64,000 nucleotides of DNA, taken from contig CM060732.1 of NCBI GenBank assembly GCA_030704615.1, positions 43,586,001-43,650,000 on the forward strand, read 5' to 3'. Shown one piece after another: positions 11,815-23,130 of the stretch (within the stretch, counting starts at the first letter, position 1; each line of letters opens with the position of its first letter). The notes below the pieces were generated by a model. That model was not told where the DNA came from. It saw only the letters and a program-made list of their open reading frames with translations, and did not search any database. Origin of the DNA: Takakia lepidozioides (lineage: Eukaryota > Plantae > Bryophyta). The translations under genes were made by a program, and so were the position numbers.

Positions 11815-14400
11815 TTGAGTGTAACACGGAGGTGCCACTAATTGCTGGGGACAGTGCCGGTTCGAGCACTAGCGATACTAGTGGGTACACTAGACGAGGT
11901 GTTGCGGTTTAGGCACCTCACCTCCTGTGTCTTCTACGGAAGGTTCTGATCGGATTGTGAATCAGGAGGACTCATACGGGCGGTGCAAGTTGTTTCCTTG
12001 CCATTGTTGTGGGACACAATGGAGGAGATGTATGGAGCTACCAAGGGGCCACGAAGGTACTCTGGGGCGGTGGGCACCATCAAGTTGGATGATTTTTATC
12101 CAAGAGTTTGATAGTTGGTGTGATTGCAGCAAATGCGCAATCCACGACTATTTACGCCTTTCATGGCATGGAAGGGGCTGTTTCAGCACCTTGAGGGGCC
12201 GCCTATGGATGATTACCATGAGTTCAGGCGGGGGCATGAGTGAGATGGAGGAGTGGAGGATATACTGGTCACCCGACTATGTCTCCATCACTGGGGGCAC
12301 TAGAGCACGAGGGCAATGGCTACACCTGCCGCTGCACCGGCAGCTTCAGCAAGCAGCAATAGGACTAGGGGGACTGGTGGTACAGTAGCTACGACGTCCA
12401 CCCAAGCCACTACCGCACCAGCACTAGTACCCGTGCCTGCCTTCAACCCTGTTGTGAGTTCTTCGAAGAGTTGAGAGGGAACTACCAAGGGGTGAGGATA
12501 GGAAGTTGCGGAGCTTGCAAGAGTTCCAACGGAAGTCGACCGAGAGCTTGAGGGAAGCTTTCACTCGCATGAGGCGCTTGATAAATGTAACCCAAGGGGT
12601 TACGGAAGCTCAGGCAGTCCAATTCTGGTATGGGATATGGACAAGGAGCTGAGGAGAAGGGTACGGGATGCAACTCTCCTACAAAGGCCCAACCCACCTT
12701 AGCAAATGTGTTTCTGCTGGCAGAGCGGATAGAGCTCAACATGGTGGAGGAACAAGTGGTCATGGTGGGATTTGCTAACGAGACACCATGGGGGTAGTGG
12801 TGCTCCTAGCCAACCACTACCTCAATGTGCTCAAGGCAACAAGGGGGCTCAGGGTGAAAGCTCAGGGAAGGGCAGCAGATAGGACCTCAGATGCAGGGGT
12901 CTCTCCCTTATTTGCTGGCCAACAACGAGCGGATGTGGTGTGCTGAATGTGGAGGACCCATGTCAAGAATGATTGCCCGAGGGAGGCAAAAGGCCGGCAT
13001 ATGCACAGCCTGCACAGTTGCAGTGTGGGCATTGTGGCAAGCACGGGCATGGAGAGGCCCAGTGTTATGGTTTGCATCCTGAGTTGCGCCCAGGCCAGTT
13101 CCAATGGAACAATGGTGGCCGGTGGCGAGGTGGAGCAGCCCAGAGAGGACGAGGTGGCCAAGCACGAGGTGCAGGCCAAGGGCAAGCTCAACATAGCCAA
13201 GGACGCGGAGGTCAGGGTGTTGACCAAGGCATGGCCAACCGGCTTCAGCAGCTAGAGCAGAGGCTCGCTGCCATGGCTACAGCTCAGGTGGTACCGGCTC
13301 CAAGGCCGGATGGTCCACCTCCTATTCCTGAGGGAGGAGATATGGGAGGCATGGGATTCATGTGCGGAGCAGCCCTACCACTAGTGCAGGTGGAGTGAGT
13401 CTGCTGCAGCCGTGACTCGCGGAGCAGCACGAGTCCTAAGCCACGAGGTGCAGAGGTGGAGTTGGATCCACAGCGTGGGGAGGCAAGCCGTCAAGCTAGG
13501 CTTCCTCAGTCATTCACATTGGCGGAGACAGTGTCGACGCCATCCATGGCACCTAGTTCTCGCCCGACTGTTACCGAGGCGGAGGTTACTATGCCATTGG
13601 GGAGAGCTACACAGGTAGCACCACTACCTAGTATTGCCAAGGCTACGGTAGCTAGTGTGCTGCTAGGAGCAGCCACATTTGTGTGCCAGGTTCCATTGTT
13701 CTCGGCTACCATGATTGCGATGAGGGGGGTAAGACCAACTGAGGTGTTCAGGCTGGCAGCTACACTCTGTGAGAGTGGGGAGGTTACTTCATCTTCTGCG
13801 GAGATAGTGGGAGGTGTAGTGCCGGAGGGATCCTCGGATTTGAGGGTCAAGACTGCCACGGCGGTGCCATGGCAAGTTACAGCTGCTGCCACGTTGATGG
13901 AGCTCTGCCAGCTCGGCCACAGCCATTGAGTGCACCATGGTGACACTGGAGTTGTCATGTTGGACAACCATGATGGCAGTTTCTGTTTGAGTGGATCGGC
14001 AGGCAAGAGGTACCGGCCACTGCGGGTCTTGTTGGACTCAGGAGCTTAGCCATTGATGTTGGGCAGAGCTGCTATTGCAAGCTTAGGCCTCATGGAGGCA
14101 GATATGGAGCCTTGTCCTTTCCAGATACAGACGTCTCTGGGAGGATCAGATCAGGCTCGGGGCATGACACGACATGAGTTGGCTATCAGACTACAGCCGG
14201 ATCATCCTACAGATGGCTCAGTAATGAGAGCCAAGGCCATTGTGACAAACGCGGTCTCGTACAATGTCCTTGTTGGTGGGGCAATGTTGTACCCCATGGG
14301 CTTCACCCTGGATTTTTGGGAGGAGTCAGCTTCCTATAGGCTTGGATGGCAGTCAGGGGAGGGCCGGCATGTGCAGCTCCCTGTGATGTTCATAGGAGGA
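11815..14400 (+). pseudogene. Gag (two CCHC zinc knuckles) and aspartic protease, copy 1
   Basis: Collinear with copy 2 (56593-59200). CGHCGKHGHGEAQC knuckle; LLDSGA at ~14028-14045; several stops and frameshifts. Confidence 0.8.
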
Positions 14401-14744
14401 GTTGCGGTTGCCCAACGAGGCAAGATGCCGACACTAGCAGCATTCACAGCGGCAGTGAATTGGCCTGGAGAGTTGCTTGAGGGCAACGCTCATTCAAAGG
14501 ATGTGCCACCTCTAGGAGAGCAGGATGACATGTATGGTATGGCGGAGTTGCCTACCATGGTTGCTCAGACTCCATTGTGGGGCACGAGCAAGGATTTGCA
14601 GCGGGATGCTGGTCGACGGGTGCAACAAGCCTGGGTGGAGGCTTTTGTACCATCAGGAGAGGAGGAGAGTGCGGGGATTGCACCAGGACCACCTCAATTG
14701 TCTCCATTGGACACCACACCTATTGTGTGGCAGTATTCGGATAA

Positions 14745-15989
14745 AGACATTTGTCTTCTGGACTTGTTTGGCGGGATCAGCACCGGATTGGCTGCTGTGT
14801 TACAGGCAGGTGTACGAGTTTGGCGTTACCTGTATGTGGAGAAGGATGAGACTGCACGACGCATCTCACTCCATCATATTGCTCAGTTGGTGCAGCAGTA
14901 CCCTGAGTTGTTGCCGGTGTCGGCGGTTCGTGGATATCAGCAGGCCTTGCCAACAGACATCTCTTTGCTGGGGGCGCAAGATTTGGAGTGGGTTGGCTTC
15001 AATGATTTGGTAGTTGGCCCTGCCAAGGGTATTCATCAGCCGGGCATGGCAATGGATTGCGAGACTCGAGGTCGGGTCTGTTTTGGGAGATGGTGCGGGT
15101 TTTGCGCCACTTACAGCTTCATCAGGCTGTATCTCCAGCATACATCTTGGAGAATGTGCCACTGATGGGCGATTCTCGGGCCAAGATGATGGCCAGTGTG
15201 CATCAAGTCCGGTCGTGGCTTGGGTCAGCAGTGTTGCTGGATGCAGCTGCAGTGGGGTCACGGGCTCATCGTCCACGGTTATGGTGGACTAACTTGATGC
15301 CACCCGCACTACTTAAGCGTGCATTTGATGGGGTGCAGCGGCCAGCACACCTCACAGTGGATAGCATTTTGGACACATGGAGGCAGTCTCAGCGTGTGAG
15401 ACACGATGACCGTTTGCCTTTGGCAGTGGTCAACAAGGTGGGTCAACCACGAGCAGCACTACCTACACTGCTCAGCTTCCCAGGATCGCATGCTTTCCGG
15501 AATAATGGACCTGACCTCCTATGGGATCCTCAGTTGCAGCAATTAGTGGAGCCTAATGCCGACGAACGAGAGCGGGCTATGGGTTTTTCCACTGGGACCA
15601 CGGTGGTGCCTTCTCTTTCTGAGGCATCACGTCGTCAGGTGTTGGGGCAAGCAATGGATCTAAATTGCTTGACCTAGATTATCAGCTTGGCTATGGCTGA
15701 GCAACGAAGAGTGCGGAGTGCACTTCCCTTGACGGTCTCTCTGCCTACCGAGATGGTACAGGCAGTGAGTGGGGGCGAGCCGGTGAGGACCACAGGGTGT
15801 AGACATCCATGGCACACGTGGGAGGTGCTCGAGGTTCAGAGGGAGTTGGCAGCCAAGGCGGCTGTGATGGATGAGGTTTGGGATTCTTCTCGGGTTGAGG
15901 AGGTCCTCAAGGATGAGATGATGGGGCAGGATGAGGCCTTATCATTGACTGAGCAGGCAGGGAGTACTGCTCAAGAGGTTGCGGCATAG
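14745..15989 (+). pseudogene. Retrotransposon-borne DNMT3-like C5 cytosine methyltransferase plus linker, copy 1
   Basis: LLDLFGGISTG (motif I), YLYVEKD (II), WPCQG after a small frameshifting deletion (IV), ILENV (VI), AHRPRLWWTNL (VIII), ERERAMGF and RRQVLGQAMD (IX/X). Confidence 0.9.
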
Positions 15990-16324
15990 CAACCACGGGA
16001 CGCGTCCTCTACCTCTAAGTCTGTTGGACTTAAGGTTGCAGTTACGAAGGGCAATTGGGAGCCTGACATTGGACCTATTGTCACTAGAGGAGAGAGATGA
16101 CGTATACGGCGGTTCCTGAGGCTTACAAGAATTGCTTTGCCTCTCGTGCTACGGTGGAGGAGCATGAGAGACATGTTCAGGTTGTGCATCGACCAGGTTT
16201 GGTCAATAGGGATGCGGATGGATTGAGTCGCAATCCATGCACGAGCCAACAGGATGACATTGGAGCTCGGTGGCATGGTGAGACGGATGAGGAGATGGTG
16301 CCGGGATGACATGCATCTGCCTTT

Positions 16325-17830
16325 TTGTGTATCTTGGCATCGGGAGGTCAGGTTGGACCTACAACAGGGATGACTGTAGACGGAGTGTCTGAGGACCCTG
16401 AGGCTAGTGATGAGCCAGGTGGTGCCAGAGATATACATGAGGATTCGGTTGTGTTGGACTACCTCCGCACTAGAGACACGACAGCTAGTGTGACTGCCAA
16501 GGAGATGGATCGGATCCTAGAACAAGCCAAGAGGTTCAAGTGGGAGGGGATACACCTGCTTCAAGTGTGGGAGGATGGTCGGGTGAGGATCGTGCCTCAC
16601 CCAACACAGCGTGCACGGTTAGTGCGGCATGCCCATGAGAAGTTGGGGCATTTTGGAGTGCGACGCACTCATAGTTTACTGCAGGGGCAGTATTGGTGGC
16701 GTGGTATGCACGCAGAGGTGCAACAGTTCGTGGCTAGGTGCATGGTGTGTGACAGGGTGCGTGCTTCATTCAACGCCCCTACACCACAGTTGCATCCTTT
16801 ACCCATCATGGGATTGGGCTATAGGTGGAGTCTTGACTTTGCAGGGCCTTTGCCACTGACGATGCGTCACCACAGATATGTGTTGGTGATGGTGGAGTAC
16901 TTCTCCAAGTGGATTGAGTTGGTTCCATTGCCTGATAAGGCTAGTGAGGGGGCTGCGTATGCATTCCTAGATCGTGTGCTTAGCCAATTCGGTGCTCCAG
17001 CTGAGGTACTCACAGACCAAGGGAGAGAGTTATTGGGGGAGTTTCAGGCTTTGTGTGATAAAGCCTTGATAGACCACCGTACCACTTCTCGGGATCATCC
17101 TGAGGCCGATGGCTTGGCAGAGAGAGTGGTGCAGACTGTGAAGAGGGGTTTGCGCAAGTATGGCTTGCAAAAAGGACACCTAGGAGATTGGGATCTTCAG
17201 GTACCTTGGCTAGCCATGGGCTACAAGTTTAGCAAGCAAGCATCACTTGCCTCCTTCTCACCATATTTCCTTCTCTTTGGCCGAGAGCCAGATTTGCCTG
17301 CGTGTATTTGCAGGGAGGCTGCAGTAGTCCTCAACCTTGATGATCCGGATGTGTGGACACAAGCATGGGCCCAGCGGGCAGAGTTGTTCAAGAGAGTCAT
17401 GCCTATGGCTTTTGAGAATCTTGCTATTGACCAACACTGAGACACATTGAGGTATGCCACTATACGTGGAGGGGGATATCGGCCAGGTGTTCGGCGTTTC
17501 CACCCTGGGGACTATGTGTATCTGCAGCAGATAGCGCCTATGACCTTGGATGTCACAGCAGGATGTGTGATTCTAAGGGTCAGGGAGGTGTTGCCTTCAG
17601 GAGTGTTGATTCTGGAGGATCGAGATGGCATGGTATGGAAGGACCATGTGCGTTATTATGCGCCATGTCACCTTCCACATGTGGATGGGATGCTATGTGA
17701 GCATGCTCGTGGTGTCGCCACTATGCTGGTGTGTGATCGATGCTCAAGAGGTTGGCACATGGGATGCTTGACACCACCTCTTGAGAGGGTTCCTGATGGA
17801 GATTGGTTATGTCCACACTCCTTGGGATAG
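16325..17830 (+). pseudogene. Gypsy integrase with C-terminal PHD finger, copy 1
   Basis: HAHEKLGH..CMVC, SLDFAG, LTDQG, AERVVQ, FHPGDYV; then MLVCDRCSRGWHMGCLTPPLERVPDGDWLCP. One in-frame stop at 17438-17440. Confidence 0.9.
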
Positions 17831-18090
17831 TGGCAGTGGATATGACTAGTGGCAGCTCACAAGACATGGGAGGCCAAGCTCATAGGAGTCAATACCCAAG
17901 ATCTCAGGCTCAAGTTCACAGGTTGCAAGACGGCGACTAACGATAGGGCAACTCTTGTACCCGGCCTCTTGATCTATTGAGTTTGAGTGTAGTAGGGACA
18001 GTGGTGGAGGACTTAGTGAGGCTATGGCCACTATCACATCTTGTGGCAATCTGGACTTAGAGGGACCTAAGCGCCAGCTAGGGGGGCGAT

Positions 18091-18240
18091 TGTGATGGAC
18101 TAGTGGCAGCCTAGTGGTGGACTAGTGGCTGCACTAGTGGTGGCTAATGGCAGCCTAGTGTTGGACCAGTGGCTACACTAGTGGTGACTAGTGGTTGTCT
18201 AGTGGCAGCCTAGTGGTGCACTAGTGATAGACTAGTGTTT
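18091..18240 (+). repeat. CTAGTGG-based short tandem repeat directly after the polypurine tract
   Basis: About a dozen CTAGTG(G) units at ~10-bp spacing. Confidence 0.8.
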
Positions 18241-18851
18241 GGTGTGCACATATGTTGTGCGGTTTGGACAACGATGTAGTTGTGTAGCGATATGTATGCG
18301 CACGACACCCTTATCCCTCCATTATGCTTCCAACTATACTGAGTGAGCTCTGAGTGGCAACTTTTATAAGCACATGCATCATTGCACCGTTCGAAGTCTA
18401 CATGTCTTCCTGTCGCTATGCACTGCAATCATCTTTTGAAGATGATCATAACTGTCATTGTTATTTGGGGAGGGACTCTGGCCTTCTCGTGGCAGCCTCT
18501 ATGGCGCACACTTTGTGAGGATATTTTCTCGTCCTCGTAATTGTTAAAGTGAAAGAAACATTTGTAATTGCACAATGTTGGATGCTACAATTGTAGGCCT
18601 CATGGTAGTCTTGATTATATTCAGCCAAGGATTCCTTGCATTAATTCCATGGTCATAGGACCATCCTCGGTTATAGGCGACGCATGTTAGTGCTGACGTG
18701 GCAAATGACGGCGCAGTGCCATGTCATCATTTGCCGCCATATCAGCCTGCTGACATGACGCTCACGCCACGTCAGCGTGGGTGCAGGCTCACGCCACGTC
18801 AACTGGCGTGAGCGTACGCTCACGCACAAGGCTCACGCCATTGCGTCGTTG

Positions 18852-18950
18852 GTCAGCAGATCACTTGTAATTATGATTCGGTCATCATGATGTCCCGGGT
18901 GTTTTGGTCCAGATCTCCATGTGCGGCTCAAACCGTGTGGTCACGGGCTG
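18852..18950 (-). pseudogene. eIF4A: eIF4A (DEAD-box helicase) pseudogene, upstream piece
   Basis: Minus strand reads ARDHTV*AAHGDLDQNTRDIMM..IITSDLLT, matching eIF4A [28 protein letters not shown]. Confidence 0.8.
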
Positions 18951-19029
18951 CACTCACCATTAACACAAAAACAGACAGTGAGCACTTCATAAACAATTAT
19001 ACAAAGGATCTAAATTGTCGCTCCCAAAA

Positions 19030-20137
19030 CATCGCTAATTAGCGTCATCGGGGAATCGCAAACCCTCCGGCCGCGGCGCCGGCGCAACTTGCGACGTCCG
19101 GGCATCGCACCCAAAAAAAAAACAAAAAAAAAACATTTTTTTTTCTGCGACGCCACATTAGGGACGTCCGGGGGTCATAAATGCGACCCCCCGACGTCAC
19201 AGCTTAGGGGGGTACATCTGAATTTAGGTAGGAAATTTTGAATTTGAATTTGAAAAATTAGTTGACCATTGACTCCGGTTTTGTCCAATGGCAGTTTATA
19301 CAGTGTTCTACATATATTATGCAATGTATATTTGAACCTAGGACCTACACATTATAACATTTCTAAGACACTACACACTAACCAATAAATCTACAATACA
19401 TCTATGTATCACAAAAGTAGTCCAGTATATATATACATATCAAGAGTTAGCTTCTAGTGACTACCACTATCTCAATCCTATCATTGTGTTGCAGATTATG
19501 CGTACTCTATAGGAGCTCTCACAGCTGGAACTTGCATCGAGACTTGCCTCCAGAGTTCTTAAGAACAAATATCTATCAATGGCCTAAGTTTTGCAAAATT
19601 GCATTGCAACTTATTGTTGGACAATGGTTGTAGTCTGAGGATGCCAAGCCCATTATGCTCTACAATCTACTCCCAGAATCAATTTTCCGCGATGCCCCAG
19701 GACGCTAGGGAATCGCAGCGCTCCTGCGACGGCGGGGAATAAAAATAAAATAAAATAAAATAAACCGGGGGCATTGCGATTCCCTGCCGTCGCAGGAACG
19801 CCCGACCGTCGCAAAAGCGTCGCTAGGCTGCGACGCTGCGACGCCTCGTTGCGATTCTCCGGCGTTGCAGCATCCCGGGGGCGTCACAACAAATTGTTGC
19901 GACGCCCGGGCGTCGTAACCCCCCCAGCGCGTCGGCGGGGGAATGAGATCAGGCCCATTTCCGGCGACGGCATGACATTGCAAGATGCCACAACGTCGTC
20001 CGAGCGCCAGCGTTGCGACGCCCCGACGTCGCAAGTCCCGGGTCGGGCGCATGCGCGACGCTGCAGTCAAAGGGGGGTTGGCACGTCCGGCGCGCCCAGG
20101 GTCCCAACGTCGCTAACCCCCCCTACACGTAGTAGTG
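19030..20137. mobile_element. Non-autonomous CACTA-type element or end with GCGACG/CGTCGC subterminal repeats
   Basis: Ends ACGTAGTAGTG (reverse complement CACTACTACGT) at 20137. Dense GCGACG repeats at 19030-19200 and 19690-20120. Left terminus not identified. Confidence 0.6.
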
Positions 20138-23130
20138 GCGGCTAAGAGACATGATTTCTTTCCTCACACTAGGTTCTAGTAGATTGTGACTGACCACTGG
20201 AAAAATTTGTTGCATCATGACATGGTAGTCATGGGACTTCATGGACCCTAACTTGTTTCCAGTCACGTGCTTTTTGAAGGCCCCCGCATAGCCTGTTGGT
20301 ACTTTCAACGTCCCCAATCCCCGCAGAAAGGCAGACATCTCATCTGAACTGAAAACATAGGGGGCATCAGGCAATACCTCCCTGGTTTGCCCAGGTTGTC
20401 TTCCAGGCTCTTGAACAGGCCACAGGTGTTGTCGGATCCGCATTGCTTCCATGTCTTTCCGCACCCCTAGGTGTCTTTCTCTCCAAAAATTGTATTCATG
20501 ACGTTCTCTATGAGGTTTTTCTCATAGTGCATAACGTCAAGTGTATGATGAATAGTCAAGTCCCGCGTTGAGAAAAAGCACAAAGATCAACCTAATGTGA
20601 GAACTCTAATAAATGAAGACACAACACACAACACAAAAAATCCCATCCACCATAATGTAATCAGCTTGCATGATGTGGGAGGCAAGGCTGGTTCATTGCT
20701 CACCTGCCAGTATGGGAGGTCCCACCAACAAGATCTCCTCTTCACACCATGGCGCTTGGCAGGGCAACCCTTATCGTCATAGCTCCGACCTGTGATCTCC
20801 ATATAATTTTGTGTCTCAAGGGCTCTCTCCAAGATCTCAGCTGGAGTTACAGGAGGAGGGGGGTCGTGCCTCTCTATAGTGCCACCAAAGGCAGTTGCAG
20901 CCATTCTGTAGGGATGATGGCGCTTAGTGTACCGCCGGTGGCCAAGGTAAACATGCTTTTTCAAGTGCCCAGAGTGCCTTAAGTCCAGATCAGGCCCACA
21001 AGGGGGGCAGGCTTTGTAGCCCTTCGTTGAACATCCTGAAATCAGCCCATATGCTGGAAAATGTTGGATTGTCCACATTAGTACTGCCCTCATCCGGAAA
21101 TGCATGTTACCGAGCCCCGCCATATTTGCATCCACACAAGGCACCTTTTCCCACAATTCTAACAACTCCTCAAGTAAAGGTTGCAGGTATACGTCAATGT
21201 TCTCATTCACAACGCTGTTAGGGCCAGGAATTATGAGTGATAGCATCATGAAGAATTTCTTGACTGTAAGCTTGGGAGGTATGTTATAGTTTAGAAGTAC
21301 CACCGGCCATGTAGACCAAGTTGACCTCTTGTTAGAGAAGGGATTCAATCCATCCAATGTCAGGCCCAACCGAACATTCCGTGTCTCGCTTGCAAAGTTT
21401 GGAAATAGGTTGTCAATTCATCTCCATTGCTTACTGTCAACTGCATGGCGCACAAGTCCATCAGTGCTTGCCATGTCATCAGTTCAGCGATGGTTTTACA
21501 ACTGTACATCCTCTTCGGTCTTGGTATTAAGGGGAAGTGACGCAATACCTTCACAGGGAAAGCCTTCCTACCCACGTCCACAAACCGGGGCTCGTTGCAC
21601 TTGGGGCAATGTGTCCTGTCACGGTGTACACCACGGAAAAGGACACATCCCTTTGGACATGCATGAATCACATTGTAACTAAGCCCGAGCTTTCGTATCA
21701 TGGTTGAGGCTTCGTAATTTGTTGATGACAATGTGTTGTCGGGGGGGGGGGGGGGGCGAGAATTGACCTTTTTAGGATACATAGCAGCTCATTTGTGAAT
21801 GTTGATGACACACGGTGTGTCTAGCAGGCATTCAACAAAACCAAGGTGGCAGAGAAACGATCTATGGTGCTCCCAACATACAATGGTGTCTTTAGCACAT
21901 CCTGGAACTTAAGATAGTTAGGGTCAATGTTGGGGGCATCGTCCTCTTGCTATCTATCTGAATCCTCCTCTGAGGAAGAGTCACCTTGTCGACCATCATG
22001 AATTGGGCAGTTGCAGGATTGGGGGGATAAAAAAACGGCACATGTTGAGTCCATTGGAAGTCCATGAAAAAAAATAAAAAATTGAATCTATTGCTTTAAG
22101 TTTATTTTTTAAAATATAGATAGTAGTATATATAACATTTTTAGTAAATAATCCCTCCTCAAAGATTGAAAACATTCTTTACTAGATATTTTAATCTTTA
22201 ATTTGAAAAACATTTAGACATCAAAATCTAGAGTTTACAACCACTTGTCCATATATCACCTAGCACCTCTAGATTATAGGTTTGTATGCATTTTTAGTAA
22301 AAGAAGACACCTCAAAAACCCAAAACATAAGATGTTATGGACTAGAGCAAATCAACCTGTTTCTAGGTGCAAAATAGTCCATAGCTTTCAATTCCTAAGA
22401 TAATTAGTCCACATAAAAGTGGATTTGGGTTGGATTTAAAAATGGCACCCCTAGTGTGTTTTCCTTTGTGTCATTGTATGAGTGTACATGATGTTTTTTC
22501 AGTCCATAAGATTTTATGTGTAACATCTGCAGTCCACAGTACTCAACTTTAAAAGTCCATGGCTCTCTGGTACATGATTGTTTTTGCAATCTAACAATTG
22601 GTACACATACCTATTGCAGTTAGAAACTCTACACCATATAAATTTAGATGAAATATTGAGTTGTTGAACAAATATGGGTAAAACCATGTAGGGAGGTCAC
22701 TGCCGAAATTGCCATGTTACGCAAAAACTGAGACACCCAATCCTGCAAATACCCAATTGGTACCCCATCCTGACTTCCTTCCTCTTCCCCCCCTCTATGG
22801 CTCCTTCAGGTGTTGGCCTTCCTTCTAGTCTTATGTTAGATCGAGCAAGTTCGGCAGCCTCGTCTCTAAAAATAGGCAGCATTCCAGTCTTCATCTAAAG
22901 AGTCCCCTTCATCACTTGGGTGCTTTACCCTTAGTCTGGGGTCCTTATCTTCAACTGCAAGGTGTCTTTGGACCACCCACCTCAATCTCTTAACCCCCCC
23001 ATGGCAAACTCTACACGGACAACGAACCTTTCTGCGTCCCAACGCATTGGCACGACACTCCTCTCGTTGCTACAACTTTTCATCTCGCTTGCGTATCCTC
23101 CTAGGGTAAAAAATGCTTACCCTCCTTGGT
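20138..23130 (-). pseudogene. CACTA/EnSpm transposase (TnpD-like), decayed
   Basis: CPCRVC N-terminal motif (~23000), IHACPKGCVLF, LRHFPL, GLTLDGLNPF, STWSTWPV, GYKACPPC, MKSHDYHV. Confidence 0.9.
22005..22754. mobile_element. MITE with GGG...CCC termini and 4-bp TSD (AATT)
   Basis: GGGCAGTTGCAGGATTGGG / CCCAATCCTGCAAATACCC ends. AATT at 22001-22004 and 22755-22758. Removal restores the CACTA reading frame (GVPI-HDGRQGDSSSEED). Confidence 0.85.

Larger units (their letters stand above)
8795..18307 (+). mobile_element. Ty3/Gypsy-type retrotransposon copy 1: Gag-PR-C5 DNMT / INT-PHD, with RT and RNase H deleted
   Basis: Starts TGTCAAGTTA like copy 2 (52810). Gag with CCHC knuckles, LLDSGA protease, DNMT motifs, HHCC and DDE integrase, PHD, and a polypurine tract AGGGGGG at ~18080. 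Candidate end CACGACA at 18307 with CCCT on both flanks; the right boundary is tentative. Confidence 0.85.
4167..18851 (+). mobile_element. Mutator-like (MULE) element, internally deleted and probably recombined, with Gypsy copy 1 nested inside
   Basis: Ends CAGGGATGCC (4167) and GCGTCGTTG (18851), each with clustered CGTGAGC/GCTCACG motifs. Contains a MULE transposase-SWIM gene. Similar ends occur at 28382, 46950-48423 and 49906-51300. Confidence 0.7.

Noticed and set aside
14745-15680. DNMT as a host gene or bacterial contamination
   Set aside because: It is intronless, in frame with the retroelement protease in copy 2, and at the same position in two separately inserted copies within plant DNA.
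4161-18857. GTCAGC as a simple 6-bp TSD for element 4167-18851
   Set aside because: The two flanks belong to different genes. The 18852 flank is eIF4A and pairs better (8/9) with 28383.
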